64,000 nucleotides of DNA from Octopus bimaculoides (GCF_001194135.2 NC_068982.1:20264127-20328126); one strand, 5' to 3'; positions 39,436-51,726 are shown, counted from the stretch's first letter. Notes: a model not told the origin generated them from the sequence alone. Made by a program: numbers and translations.

Positions 39436-40020
39436 AGTGGCGGGTCGACAACTGATGGAGGATACTCTCGATTTAGAAAAAAACTGTCGCAACGCTTTGC
39501 AATGGAATTCGAAATCCGAATCGATGCTGCAAAGTTGTCGAAAGCGGGCGAAGAAATTGAGAGAAAGATATGGCAGATTTAATGTGCTTGAGGCGAGAGG
39601 AAGAGTAGTGGAGGAAGGAGTGGGAGTCAGTAGGTTTATAGTAAATAGAAATGGAGAGATCGGTATTGTGTATTTTGACGAAGATGTCCAGAAAGCAAAC
39701 AGAAGTACCAGTTATGGTGTGGGTGAATTCCATGGGTAGGTGAAGGTGTTAACAAAAGAAATAAACTCGTTGAGCTGTTGTCTGTTAAGGCTTGTGGTGC
39801 CAATGCATTTGTCAGACCATAACGTTCTGGAATGGGCCAGGTAAGTGAGCATAGATTTTCTCCTCTACATAAATTACAAAGAGGTTGGTACAAGTGGGGC
39901 CCATCCTGATGCCCATAGCAACACCACTGGAATGCTTATAGAATTCACCAGAGAAAGAAAAACAATTGAGTGTTAAGACGAGCTCAGCTAGGCGGAGGTG
40001 CATATTAGTGATACGTCCAT
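39436..40020 (-). mobile_element. Penelope-like element reverse transcriptase remnant
   Basis: LRLAELVLTLNCFSFSGEFYKHSSGVAMGIRMGP..NLFV.YVEE; CFLDIFVKI..SIYYKPTDSHSFLHYSSS..HIKSAISFSQFLR; LRQFFS. Confidence 0.9.
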
Positions 40021-40103
40021 TATCAGTTGCATCATCCGTTTTTCAAGCTGAGAGAATGTAAACTCCGCTTGACTCTTTTTCTCTTTATCTTCTCTTTTTC
40101 TCT

Positions 40104-40140
40104 GCCACCTGACGAAGCATTGAATCCGAAACGTTGGATA
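40104..40140 (+). ncRNA. Degenerate minimal hammerhead ribozyme motif (Penelope-type)
   Basis: CTGACGA-A-GCATTGAATCC-GAAACGTT: core CUGANGA..GAAA with palindromic ACGU stem III. Stem II gga/tcc is broken by one G>C change and stem I pairing is poor. Confidence 0.55.
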
Positions 40141-40269
40141 TTCCACTCCTCATGACAAGTTCAATAAGTATCAAGACTGTTGCCATAGTAGCGAAGCTAA
40201 AGCTCGGCACAGATTGACTTTGAACTCAGCTGTGCATGTGCACTAAGTTCTAACACTCTAGCTTACTTC

Positions 40270-40383
40270 CGCTGTTTGCAGCAGTGATTGGAAGGATCGT
40301 GTGTATCGTGTGATCGTCGCATTGAACATGACAGAGAAATTTGCCCAGACTTGGCGATACCTGCTCAGAGGCCTACGCAAAGG
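40270..40383 (+). mobile_element. Mariner 5' fragment (UTR plus start of transposase)
   Basis: aacATGacagag..ggcgatacctgctcagaggcctacgcaaag (GDTCSEAYAK), homologous to the minus-strand copy at 40749-40775. Confidence 0.6.
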
Positions 40384-40384
40384 T

Positions 40385-40795
40385 TTCAAAAAGTTTTCAT
40401 CGTTCTTCAAACAATCAAGGAGATCTTGTTCAAGTGAAGCTCGAGTGTATCTTTGGTTATCTGAGAGCAGTTTTGGTATAATCTTGACAGACAGACGTCT
40501 CATACCTAAATCTTCAGCGATAGTGCACTGAACAGAATCGTAGATAATTTACACATCCTATGATAACTCACGGATGGTGATTCGTCGATTTCCCCTCACA
40601 GCTGCACGCACATCTGCGATGTTTTACTGATTGTGTGTCTCCCAGAACGTTCGTCAATATCGACGTTTTTTCGGCCATCTTGAAACCTCTGAACCACTGG
40701 TACACTTGTATGCAGCTCATACACTCCTCTCCATACACTTGCAAAATCTGCGAAAGCTTCTGTGCAGGTATCACCATAACAGCTTCCCCTGTCAT
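40385..40795 (-). mobile_element. Mariner transposase N-terminal half (HTH domains)
   Basis: GDTCTEAFA..LQVYGEECMSCIQVYQWF..FQDGRKNVDIDERSGR..MRRLSVKIIPKLLSDNQR..DLLDCLKNDENFL. Confidence 0.85.
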
Positions 40796-40799
40796 GGTA

Positions 40800-40881
40800 A
40801 AACACACCGAACCGGAAAGTTAAGCGGACGTAAACACACCAGCATCGGTTGTCAAGCGATGGTGGAGGGACAGAAAAACAG

Positions 40882-40934
<53 letters not shown>

Positions 40935-41095
40935 TACAATTGGCATCTTTCATTTTCCGTCTACCAGATCCACTCACAAGGCCTTAATCGGCCCGAGGCT
41001 ATAGTAGGGGACATTTGCCGAACGTGCCACGCAGTGGGACTGAACCCGGATCCATGTGATTGGTAAGCAAGCTACTTACCACACAGCTACACCAG
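40800..41095 (-). mobile_element. SINE family A with internal (CA)n
   Basis: Reverse complement shows head, then (TG)n, then the 3' module ..atcgcttgacaaccgatgctggtgtgtttacgtccgcttaac. Confidence 0.85.
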
Positions 41096-41104
41096 CGTTT
41101 ATAT

Positions 41105-41255
41105 ATATACGACGAGCTTCTTTCAGTTTCCAACTACCAAATCCACTCAGAATGCTTTGGTCGGCCCGATGCTACAGTAGAAGACACTCGCCCAAGGTGC
41201 CCCACAGTGGGTCTGAAACCGGAACGCGGTGGTTGGGAAGCAAACGTTTTACAAC
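41105..41255 (-). mobile_element. SINE family A, 5' half
   Basis: gacgagcttctttcagtttcc.actaccaaatccactca..ggcccga..cagtagaagacact.gcccaaggtgcc..cagtggg.ctgaa.ccggaac..gtggttgggaagc. Confidence 0.85.
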
Positions 41256-41303
41256 ACATCTCTCTCTTTCTCTCTCTCTCTCTCTCTGTTTCTCTATCTC
41301 ACG

Positions 41304-41359
<56 letters not shown>

Positions 41360-42184
41360 GTGTGTGTATGTATGTATGTATGTATGTATGCATGTAAGTA
41401 TGTATGTATGTATGTATGCATTTATGTATACACGCGTAGAGAAAGAGAAGAGGTTGAGTGATTGAAATTAATATATAGACATATACTCACATTTACACAC
41501 ACGCGCACATACGTAAGCACGCACACACATACAAATATATATATTCGAAACATGGACACAAGCATGCACACATATGATATATCTCTTTCAACTGTATGTC
41601 TCTACGTGTGCAGTAATACATATATATATGCAATTGAAAAGAATATTGATAAGGTGAGTTGCATAGATCTGTAATTACATCTTCGTACCTTATGCGGCAA
41701 TGTATTTGATAATTCTATTTCATATTTAAGTTTAGCGGATTTAATTTCCAGAAACAGAAAACACCTGTTGAACTATCACACTATACACAATAAGTAATGT
41801 AATCCAGATGCTATCAAGACGGATGCTTTATGATATATTAGAATTTTGTCTGATATAAATGAGCTAAGATTATGTATAAATGGTTCTCCAAAATATATGA
41901 CTTAATTGTTGCCGAAAATCCAATATAATTTCGAAACTGTAAGTAATATTGCGATGAAAAGTTAAGAAACGTATGATCTTTGGAGAAATGGATATACTTT
42001 TCCATTGATATCCAGCGCTCCCTTTACTGTATCAGAAAATATGTGATATAAGGAAATAAATTGCTTCATACACCTGCATCAAATAGTAAGTTAACGTCTG
42101 AAGTGGGGATTATAAGCCATGCAATTATATTGATGCGCATCAGTTCGATCTACAAAGAAACAGCTACCTACATACATGTAGGTT

Positions 42185-42510
42185 TGTATGGTTGGCACTC
42201 CGTTGGTTACGACGACGAGGGTTCCAGTTGATCCGATCAACGGAACAGCCTGCACTCCACAGACACGTGTACCCTTAACGTAGTTCTCGGGGAGATTCAG
42301 CATGGCACACAGTGTGACAAGGCTGGCCCTTTGAAATAGAGGTACAACAAAAAACAGTAAGAAAGAGTGAGAGAAAGTACAGCAGGGTTCGCCACCTTTC
42401 CCTGCACGATGTCACGTGGAACTTTAGGTGTCTTCCCTCAATAAACACTCACAACGCCCGGTCTGGGAATCGAACCCGCGATCCCACGACCGCTGGGCCA
42501 TTGCACCTCC
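42185..42510 (-). mobile_element. tRNA-derived SINE: head/core D plus tail T1
   Basis: Reverse complement: ggaggtgcaatggccc..ggttcgattcccagaccgggcgttgtgagtgtttattgaggg..acacctaaag..ggcgaacc, then the tail shared with 31500-31680. Confidence 0.82.
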
Positions 42511-42517
42511 ACGTATA

Positions 42518-42551
<34 letters not shown>

Positions 42552-42659
42552 ACTGTCATATATGTGTCTATGCCAGCATCTGTATGTGTATTTTTAGACA
42601 ATCATTCACATATGCATACTCATGTAGACATTCTTAAATACATGTAGATATGTGGTTAT

Positions 42660-42958
42660 TTGTTCCTTCTCGAGCCATACCGGGCTCATAAGGGCCGGTT
42701 TCCCGGTTTCATTGGCGCATAGGTTCTCCACCTGGAAGGGGACACTTGTCCGCTATAGGTGGTCTGCTAGATGCAGAAGAAAAGAGTGAAAGTTGTGGCG
42801 TAAAAGTCAACAGAAGTTCGCCATTACCTTCTGTCGGAGCCGCAAGGATCTTAGGTGTTTCACTCATAAACACACACACATCTCTCGGTCTAAGATTCGA
42901 TCCCGCGATACCTCGACGGCGAGTCCACTGCTCTAACCACTAGGCCATGTGCTTTCAT
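42660..42958 (-). mobile_element. tRNA-derived SINE: head/core D plus tail T2
   Basis: Reverse complement: tggcctagtggttagagcagtggactcg..gggatcgaatc..gtgtttatgagtgaaacacctaag..tggcgaac, then a different tail ending gaaaccggcccttatgagcccggtatggctcgagaaggaacaa. Confidence 0.82.
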
Positions 42959-43872
42959 ACTTGTAGATATGTACGTACAACTATAATTTATGACTAGTGA
43001 CAGATTCTAGTGGATGATGGAGCCAAAAGGTTTGTTACGACAGGGAGGGGAGTCTGTAGATTCCAGTCATGTAGATAGTAGACAAGTACAGGATATAGTC
43101 CATCCCTATCACTTTATCACGTTATCACTAAACGCTCTAATTCATTCTTTAGTTTGTTTTTTTCTTTTTTCTTCTTAATAATCTGACCGTGAAAGATTTT
43201 ACAGTTAACTGGACAACATTTTTTGCTTTAGTTTCCATTGATTTTGTTACTTATAATTTTATCATACTTTTCTTAACTCTGAAATTTTATCTATGTCTTT
43301 AGCTGCAAAATGCTGAAAATAGCACTCTGGATTAAGTATTCATTCTTGTACGAAAGGAAATGAGAGTGATCGAACGAAGGTCTTGTTCAAAATACTTACT
43401 GAAAGCAAATACATTTTACTCCTTTGACGAATGATTGTGATTGGAAAATATTTAAATTTATTATCTCACGGAAGTACTACAGGTGTGACAAGGTTTGGAA
43501 ACGATTGTAGTGATATGGAATCAAGATATCTGTTTCATGAATTTTTCCGCATCTATCCCTTTGTATGAACTTTATGGATACTGTGGAATTGTAAATGTAT
43601 ACCGGTAGCAGGTGTTTTCCCCTGTACGATGACATTCATCAGCCAATACCTATGGACGAAGCTTTGTATAGCATACTACAAGACTTCTAACCCAAATTTA
43701 TCCAACTATACTAATACACAAACACACACACACGTACACACACACACACACACTCATACATGCATATTGTGTGAACAGTTAGATGTACGACTGTTATTGT
43801 ATGAGTTAGCGATCTACATAAATTATCATTAGCAAGAGGAAGAGGAAGAGAATAAGATAAGCTTTGGGAGAT

Positions 43873-43922
<50 letters not shown>

Positions 43923-44514
43923 ACACACACCCACACACACACACGCACACACACACATTGCTTACATGTTTATCAGTTTATTGAATTGAGCCAGTTCTCA
44001 AACTACGCGTATTATTAGACCCCCGCTGAATGACCATAATGCATAGCAACTCCAGTTAATATGTTGGAGCTCCCATAGAGAAATGTTTGATAAATGTATT
44101 AAGGATTAGAATGATACCTGTAGGTTTTCTTTATTCAAAATTCTATTATTGGTTTTCTGAATTTCAATGTCTTATATTGCCCCAATATCAACAGTGATGT
44201 AATAGAAAATATACATACGTATTTACCTACCTACTTACCTACCTACTTACCTATCTAACTACCTGTCTGTCTGTCTGTTCGGCTGTCTGTCTTTCTGTTA
44301 TCTATCTATCAGTCTGTCTATCTGTCTGTGTGTCTGTCTGACTGTGTGTCCTATTTGTATATATGTGTATAAATATTTGTACGTGTGTTTTTTTGTGTGT
44401 GTGTATTATGTATGTATAAATATATGTATGAATGCATANNNNNNNNNNNNNNNNNNNNNNNNNNNNNNNNNNNNNNNNNNNNNNNNNNNNNNNNNNNNNN
44501 NNNNNNNNNNNNNN

Positions 44515-44549
<35 letters not shown>

Positions 44550-44588
44550 GACTGTATATTTCTCTCTCTCTCTCTCACTCTCTCTTTC

Positions 44589-44631
<43 letters not shown>

Positions 44632-47279
44632 AAATTTATATATATAACATATGATATAATATGATATAATATATATATGTGTGTGTGTGTAGACATATAT
44701 ATATATATGAATTATTCTAAAATAAATGGAATATTTTATTAATTATTTTTGGTTAGTTGCATGCAATATTAAATTAATTTCAATGTCTCTGATTAAACAT
44801 TCTTTTGTGTTTTTCACTAATTCCGATATCAAGAATTCCATTATTGTAATGACTGTCTATCTCATGCGACTGCAACGCATGAGGTTTCATTATTCATTTC
44901 ACTTCTTTGATTGAACACCCCTGATATTCCTCTTATTAATAAATATCTGATTTCTTAATTGGCGCAGGTTTTGACATTACTGAAAAAAAAAAAAAAAGAA
45001 AGAAAATGAAGAGAACAGAATGAATTTTAAGTTAAATGTATTTATTATTTTAATAGGAATGTAGCATGTTTTATTTCCGCTCATACCAATTAAAGTAAAA
45101 CAATTTATCTTCACAAACGTAGGCAACATCATCGGGATAATAAGTGTGACGTTAACGACGACTACTGACAAGGTGTTGGTAGTTGTGATGATGAAGCCTG
45201 CTGATTATTATGATGATGGTTGCGGGGGTGGTGGTGACAGTCGATGGTGTTGGCAGGATATGTTGTCAGAGTGGTTCAGCTGTTTGTGTTACTGGTGGTG
45301 TTGGAGTGATAGTGAAGCTGTGTTGAAAGACACCGGCATAAATATTTTCATTGTTAAATCCATATTATGAGAATTACATTTATGTGGTCTTGATTTCCAG
45401 CAAAACTACAAACACACGAGAGCCTCTACTCGATCTGGTAAAACAAGCATTAAATTGTCTTTCAAACTTTATGCAGTTTGTTTTCTCGGATAAAATTTCC
45501 CTCAATCGAACGGAAGCTAGTCGTGGTTCGATTAATCTTCATTGTTGTCATATGATAGTATATATTCTATAAGCTATAAAATGTATGTTAACAGCGTAAA
45601 AGCTTAATGCTATTCTATACACCATTGTAGAGCACATCATCTTTGTTTTAGGCTTTAACATTGTTGCGATTGGTTAATATTTGGTTATATTAATATTTGG
45701 CCATTTGACAATCATTGTTATTTCATAATTTGGCATCTCTTGCATATTCGGATGTGGAATTTATTGGTTGTTTCATGTAACCAGAATGCGATTATAATAT
45801 ATTATTATAATTGATTATTATTTATTTTCCATATATGTTTGCTGATAATGTGGACAACATTTTATCTATGAAATTAGTCTATGCTGATATGCTCTTTTAT
45901 TTGTACTCTAAACTATTATGCTACTTTTCTGAGTACGATCCACTTCCCTTCTATATCCTCATCGCTTTCATACACTCTCCTAAATTTCCGTAGTAAACTG
46001 ACTGCTAATAAGTTGACAAGTATTCTTCCTTCCCACCTGTCTAACATAAACTGAATTTACTATTTTTAATTTCACTTTTACGATTTTCAAACTCCAAAGT
46101 TATACATTTATAGTAATTGCTTTTCACAGAGTGAACGTGCAACTATACCCTCCCATATATAATTGAACGCTTTATGACTCAGAAGTCTTAAATTGAATAT
46201 GTACTTAAGCACACGCACACATATATAGATGTAATTTAACATGCGAATACGTAGAAATCTATTGAACATTTTGTACTGCCATAAAATATTGCAATATTTT
46301 AATTTAAATAAATATATACATATATCGATACAAATTTTATATATTAGCATCATTTGAAAACACTGCCTTTTATTCAGAATGAGCTTTTCTCTAAAAAAAC
46401 AATGCTTATTAAGTATTTTCTCAATATATTAAAATCTATATTTGCTAAACTGTTCTCTGTGGTATTAATTATAACAGACACGTGTTTGTTCATTCGTAAA
46501 ATTATTATCGTCATAGGATAATTTGCATTTTCGTATTTCCTTTAACGTATTTGAAATATAAGGCAACGTGACCAAGGTACATTTGTATCGAAAATGATTT
46601 TCTGCCACGATATTTGCATGAATACTGGTTTATTTAGCGGCAAGTGTGTACCTTGATAAGTTCACCTTGCTGTACCATCATAACACTACACTGTAATTAA
46701 AACTTCTTGAATTTAGCGGTAAGTGACATTCTTTACATTAGGAAACTAACTTTTATATGCCTCAAACAGCATTAATATGAAGTTTAAATCAGTATCAGAG
46801 AAAATTAATTTCAATGTGTAACTATGCAAATTCTGTGACGAATATATTCGTTTTAAGGAATTCTTATTGCCATTATCGACATTTACGCTAGCTCAGTCCG
46901 TTTGAAGTATTCCTATGAGAAACAAGTTTTAGTCTGGACCACAATGTATTTCATTTGTTGATAACAGATGTAAGAGTACATTATATGAAATATGACTGAG
47001 GTCTCGTTTAAGTTTCTAGCAAGTGAAATTACATCATAGAAGTGCCATTGTAGATCTTGTTTTATTTTGTTAACTGTGAATCTAATAATAGCAATGTTCT
47101 TACCGCCCAGAGAAATACATTAAAAACAACAAAATATTGATATAAGTAAGTCTTATGCGAATCAGTCGTACGTGTCTCAATCTTATGACTGTGTTTTACA
47201 TTTTTCAAATGTTATTGATCGATTGGCTATTGTAGTAAGTCTACAAATATCTTGGTTTCAAGGCCAGCGAGCGCAGAGT

Positions 47280-47420
47280 GCTCAACCGGTTCTTCTTTTT
47301 GTTTAACGACTTCGAAAGGATTGAAGGCAAAGTCAATCTCGGCGGAATTTGAACTCAGAACGTAAGGACAGATTAAATTCCTCAAAATGCGTGCTAATGA
47401 TTCTGCCAGCCCACCGCCCT
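47280..47420 (-). mobile_element. SINE family B, partial
   Basis: cgaaaggattgaaggcaaagtcaatctcggcggaatttgaactcagaacgtaa..ttctgccagcccaccgcc. Confidence 0.82.
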
Positions 47421-47892
47421 GTTTACAAATAAGAATATTAATATATTCTTATCAACTGCCTGGAAACTTTGTATTGAGCATGGAAAGCAGTATATAGTTA
47501 TTGAATATTTCATTTGCTTATTGAAATAAATGTGTTTTTATCATAATAATAGTTAAACGAAATATTCTCGTCCACGTTGCTGTTGACCTGAGATGTCTTT
47601 AGGGTGTCAAAACCCTTCATTCTGTGAATGAACTTTGCTTTCATCATTATAAAATAAATACATTGAATTGAAATAGCCGAATGCCTACTGCTCCGAGCAA
47701 ATCACACGTCTACCCGTCGATAATAAAACTGAGCCTAACAAAAACTGAATTGCCGTTGGTCATCTGTATTCCAAACAACTAATAAATCTGCAGTTGGTCC
47801 ATTAATACATGATTCATACAGAATTTAATTTTCCTCAAATATATTAGTTATAATACTAAGCATTATAACCCATTCCGAATATATATGTTACT

Positions 47893-49023
47893 TATATTAT
47901 CATGCACTACATTAAAACGATTATATTTTCTCAGTATGAGTTAAATTCGAAAAGTTTGAAAAGTGCAGTTATATTTTAACAGTTAATTTTTCAAAGCTAA
48001 AGTTATTTCTTTATTTCCCACAGGGGACTAAACATTGAGGGGACAAACAAGGACAGACAAGGAGATTAAGTCGATTACATCGACCCCAGTGATTAACTGG
48101 TACGTATTTAATCGACCCCGAAAGGACGAAAGGCAAAGTCGACCTCGGCGGAATTTGAACACAGAACGTAGCGGCAGACGAAATACCGCTAAGCATTTCA
48201 CCCGGCGTGCTAACGTTTCTGCCAGCTCGCTGCCTTTGTTCCTGCCACCTTGCCGCTTTCGTTTCTGCCAGCTCGCCGCCATTTTTCAAAGTTATAATGG
48301 AAGTAACAAAGGATAATATTCGGCATATTTTTCTTTATGAGTTCAATAAAGGTAACAACGCAACGGAAAGTGCGAGGAATACTAATGGAGTATATGTAGA
48401 TCGGACAATCAGCGTAAGCTAATGTAGACGGTGATTCCAGAAATTCCAGACGGAAAACTACAGCCTAGAAGACGTGCTTCTTCCTGGAAGATCTCCAGAG
48501 CTTGACAAGGAAGATCTGCACAGCCTGGTGGAACTAAATCCTATCGTAACACCTGAAGAAATAGCAGAGATTTGGTCATTCAACCAGTTATTCAAGCCAG
48601 CGTTAGAAGAAAAACGATCATCTCTGGTTTGAAGACGAAATGTGCTCTTCCATCAGGAGAATGCTCGGCCACATACAGCGAAGATGACATTCCTAATGCT
48701 TGAGCGGTTTGAAAGAGAAATGATGCCCCACCTACCATATTTGCCGGACATTGCTCCATCTGATTATCATTTATTCTGCAGTCTTCAAAATCATTTGGAC
48801 GGAAAAAATATGAACTCTGTAGACGAGGTCAGAACTGAACTGGAGGAGTATTTTACGTCACAGACAAGTGAATTTTGGAAGAGGGGCCTTTTAAGTCTAC
48901 TAGATATATGGAAGATCATTGTGGAAAATGATGGAGAGTATATTTTAGATTAAAAACGAACTTTGTTTTTCTTAATTTTAAAAACAAAAGCATAAAAAAT
49001 CGCTTTATTTATGGCGTGACGCA

Positions 49024-49025
<2 letters not shown>
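47893..49025 (+). mobile_element. Internally deleted mariner (DD34D) transposon with decayed TIRs, interrupted by a SINE
   Basis: MEVTKDNIRHIFLYEFNKGNNATESARN.. from 48298, and C-terminal FHQENARPH..PHLPYLPDIAPSDYHLF..NDGEYILD* with 34 residues between (D>E) and D. The first catalytic D region is deleted. Right TIR ..aatcgctttatttatggcgtgacgcaata; imperfect left TIR about 47893-47925. Confidence 0.9.
47997..48280 (-). mobile_element. Full-length SINE family B inserted in the mariner 5' UTR, 11-bp TSD
   Basis: atttttcaaag at 47986-47996 and 48281-48291; head ggcggcgagctggcagaaacg; B-box-like gtgttcaaattcc; core tttgcctttcgtcctttcggggtcgattaaatacgtaccag. Confidence 0.92.
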
Positions 49026-49075
<50 letters not shown>

Positions 49076-49897
49076 ATACACATGTAAATGTATAGAGGTA
49101 TGTGTGTATAACTCGCAATGTATAATTATCTATGTAAATGAGACTATTTACCTGTGTAATATTTTGACCTAGCGTAATTGGTATTTTATCATAGGATTCG
49201 CGTTGTATAAACTGATAATTGTCTTGTATTAGAGTGAAGTAACATGCATATTCAACGTGTTCGCACGAAACAAAGAACAAATTAATGTTCCCTATAATTA
49301 TACTAGTAATATATTATTTGTGTGTATGCAGAAGTATTTTATTTCACACAAACAAACCCATTACATAAATACATGCACACACACAGACACACGCATACAC
49401 ACGCACATACAAACACACATACACATATATACATGTATACACACATATGGATATACGTATATAAGGGTGTATGTTAAAAGTTACTGAAAGTTATCGAATC
49501 GTTAACTGGCTGAGAAGCATGGGTCTTATTAACATATAATTTAACAATACAGAGCAGAAGCAAGTACCGGCTGGGAATACAATTGCTATTATTTGGTGCT
49601 TGTTGAACGGCTGTTGAAATTATATTTATAGAAAATACCTACGGGTTTGGTAATAATAATTTAAGCAAATCCTTGTACAGTGTCACGAGGCAGTATACTC
49701 ATAAACATAATCATATTTTCTGAATATATATGTGCTTTTCTTATCTTATTCTTATAATTTTGTTATTGTATACTTAACGTATATCTAAGTTTACTCATAT
49801 AATTATGTTATAATTGCAACTTCATGTATTGTCAAGAAGCAAGCGTGCATTAATAATCACTAATTATAGCCTGTGTCATCCACCAAACATATAAGTA

Positions 49898-49969
<72 letters not shown>

Positions 49970-49971
49970 CA

Positions 49972-50138
49972 TAGGCGTAGGAGTGGCTGTGTGGTAAGTA
50001 GCTAGCTTACCAACCACATGGTCCCGGGTTCAGTCCCACTGCACGGCATCTTGGGCAAGTGTTTTCTACTACAGCCTCGGGCCGACCAAAGCCTTGTGAG
50101 TGGATTTGGTAGACGAAAACTGAAAGAAGCCCGTCGTA
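49972..50138 (+). mobile_element. SINE family A, 5' half (young-looking), followed by (TA)n and a gap
   Basis: ggcgtaggagtggctgtgtggtaagtagctagcttaccaaccacatggtcccgggttcagtcccactgcacggcatcttgggcaagtg..gccttgtgagtggatttggtagacgaaaactgaaagaagcccgtcg. Confidence 0.9.
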
Positions 50139-50605
50139 TATATGTATATATATATATANNNNNNNNNNNNNNNNNNNNNNNNNNNNNNNNNNNNNNNNNN
50201 NNNNNNNNNNNNNNNNNNNNNNNNNNNNNNNNNNNNNNNNNNNNNNNNNNNNNNNNNNNNNNNNNNNNNNNNNNNNNNNNNNNNNNNNNNNNNNNNNNNN
50301 NNNNNNNNNNNNNNNNNNNNNNNNNNNNNNNNNNNNNNNNNNNNNNNNNNNNNNNNNNNNNNNNNNNNNNNNNNNNNNNNNNNNNNNNNNNNNNNNNNNN
50401 NNNNNNNNNNNNNNNNNNNNNNNNNNNNNNNNNNNNNNNNNNNNNNNNNNNNNNNNNNNNNNNNNNNNNNNNNNNNNNNNNNNNNNNNNNNNNNNNNNNN
50501 NNNNNNNNNNNNNNNNNNNNNNNNNNNNNNNNNNNNNNNNNNNNNNNNNNNNNNNNNNNNNNNNNNNNNNNNNNNNNNNNNNNNNNNNNNNNNNNNNNNN
50601 NNNNN

Positions 50606-50648
<43 letters not shown>

Positions 50649-51030
50649 TATATATACAACCATATCAATAAAATAGGAAGGAAAATGTAAAAAAAGAACC
50701 TCAATTTCCTGAATATAGACATGTAGTTTTAAAGTATCAGATTCCTTGGAGATTTGTATCAATCATATGTTATAATTATCCCTGGGGTGACATTCATGAA
50801 GTCGTGGAAATATTATTCTACATAGTTCTTTAATGCGTGGTTAGTGGTTTATATTCTATCATGCTTCTCATAAAGTTTCATTCCTTGGATTAATAAATTG
50901 TGCGTATGTGTATTAATATAAATATAAACAGAAACACACACGCACATACTCACACATAGGCACACACACACGCATCCTTTATGAGGAAAACGGAAGATGG
51001 ATTTAACTCAAATCTTTATTCACCACACCG

Positions 51031-51115
51031 AAAAGGATGGAGTGCGGTCATCACTGAAACCATTTTGTTTTTTGTTTTTTAAATACTTTCTGTGATGAAC
51101 GCACCCCATCCTTTT
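51031..51115. repeat. Inverted repeat hairpin: 29-bp arms (26/29 complementary), 27-nt loop
   Basis: aaaaggatggagtgcggtcatcactgaaa (51031-51059) versus tttctgtgatgaacgcaccccatcctttt (51087-51115). Confidence 0.88.
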
Positions 51116-51726
51116 TTCATTATTTTCTATATCCTAAACTGACACCTTGGAGAAGTCACCATCCTTGAACTCATGTCAATAGGTATACAATGATAAAAAG
51201 ACTAAATTAATGAATGAATGAATAATGATAAATACATACCAGATTGAAAAGAAATCCATCATCCTTCTGTCTAAATATCTATCTTTCTGTCTATCTATGT
51301 CTGTCTCTCTATCTGTCTGTCTATCTGCCTCTCTGTCTCCATTGTCCTGGGACCTCGCCCATATTAACATGAAAAAAGAAAAATGTTCTCCTCTTCTAAA
51401 CAAAACAAAAAGAAACATTTGATTTATATAAATGAACAACGTGTTTCATAATTTTATTTGACAAGTTCGAAGACGAACGAAAGCGTCAATAATAATGAAT
51501 AGATAATAAATTTTGTTTTCAAAATTCTGACGACCTCCTTTGACTCAATACACAATACCTGTACACCACGTCCAACACTCTATACACACACACATTTTTT
51601 TTATAGGTTTCACCCAGAGGCATGAGGCCGTACTGGTGCACCGCCTTTACTGCATCTGGGGATTTTTCCATTATTAGTTCTGGTGAAGTAGCGAGTTGGA
51701 CGTTACCGCTCTACTCCATGCCTCCT

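Noticed and set aside
42880-42958. tRNA-like A and B boxes (also at 31368, 48150 and 49972)
   Set aside because: They are SINE heads: no complete cloverleaf and each continues into SINE core sequence.
45120-45340. GC-richer ORF with DDGCGGGG
   Set aside because: Decayed (GGT/GAT)n trinucleotide repeat.
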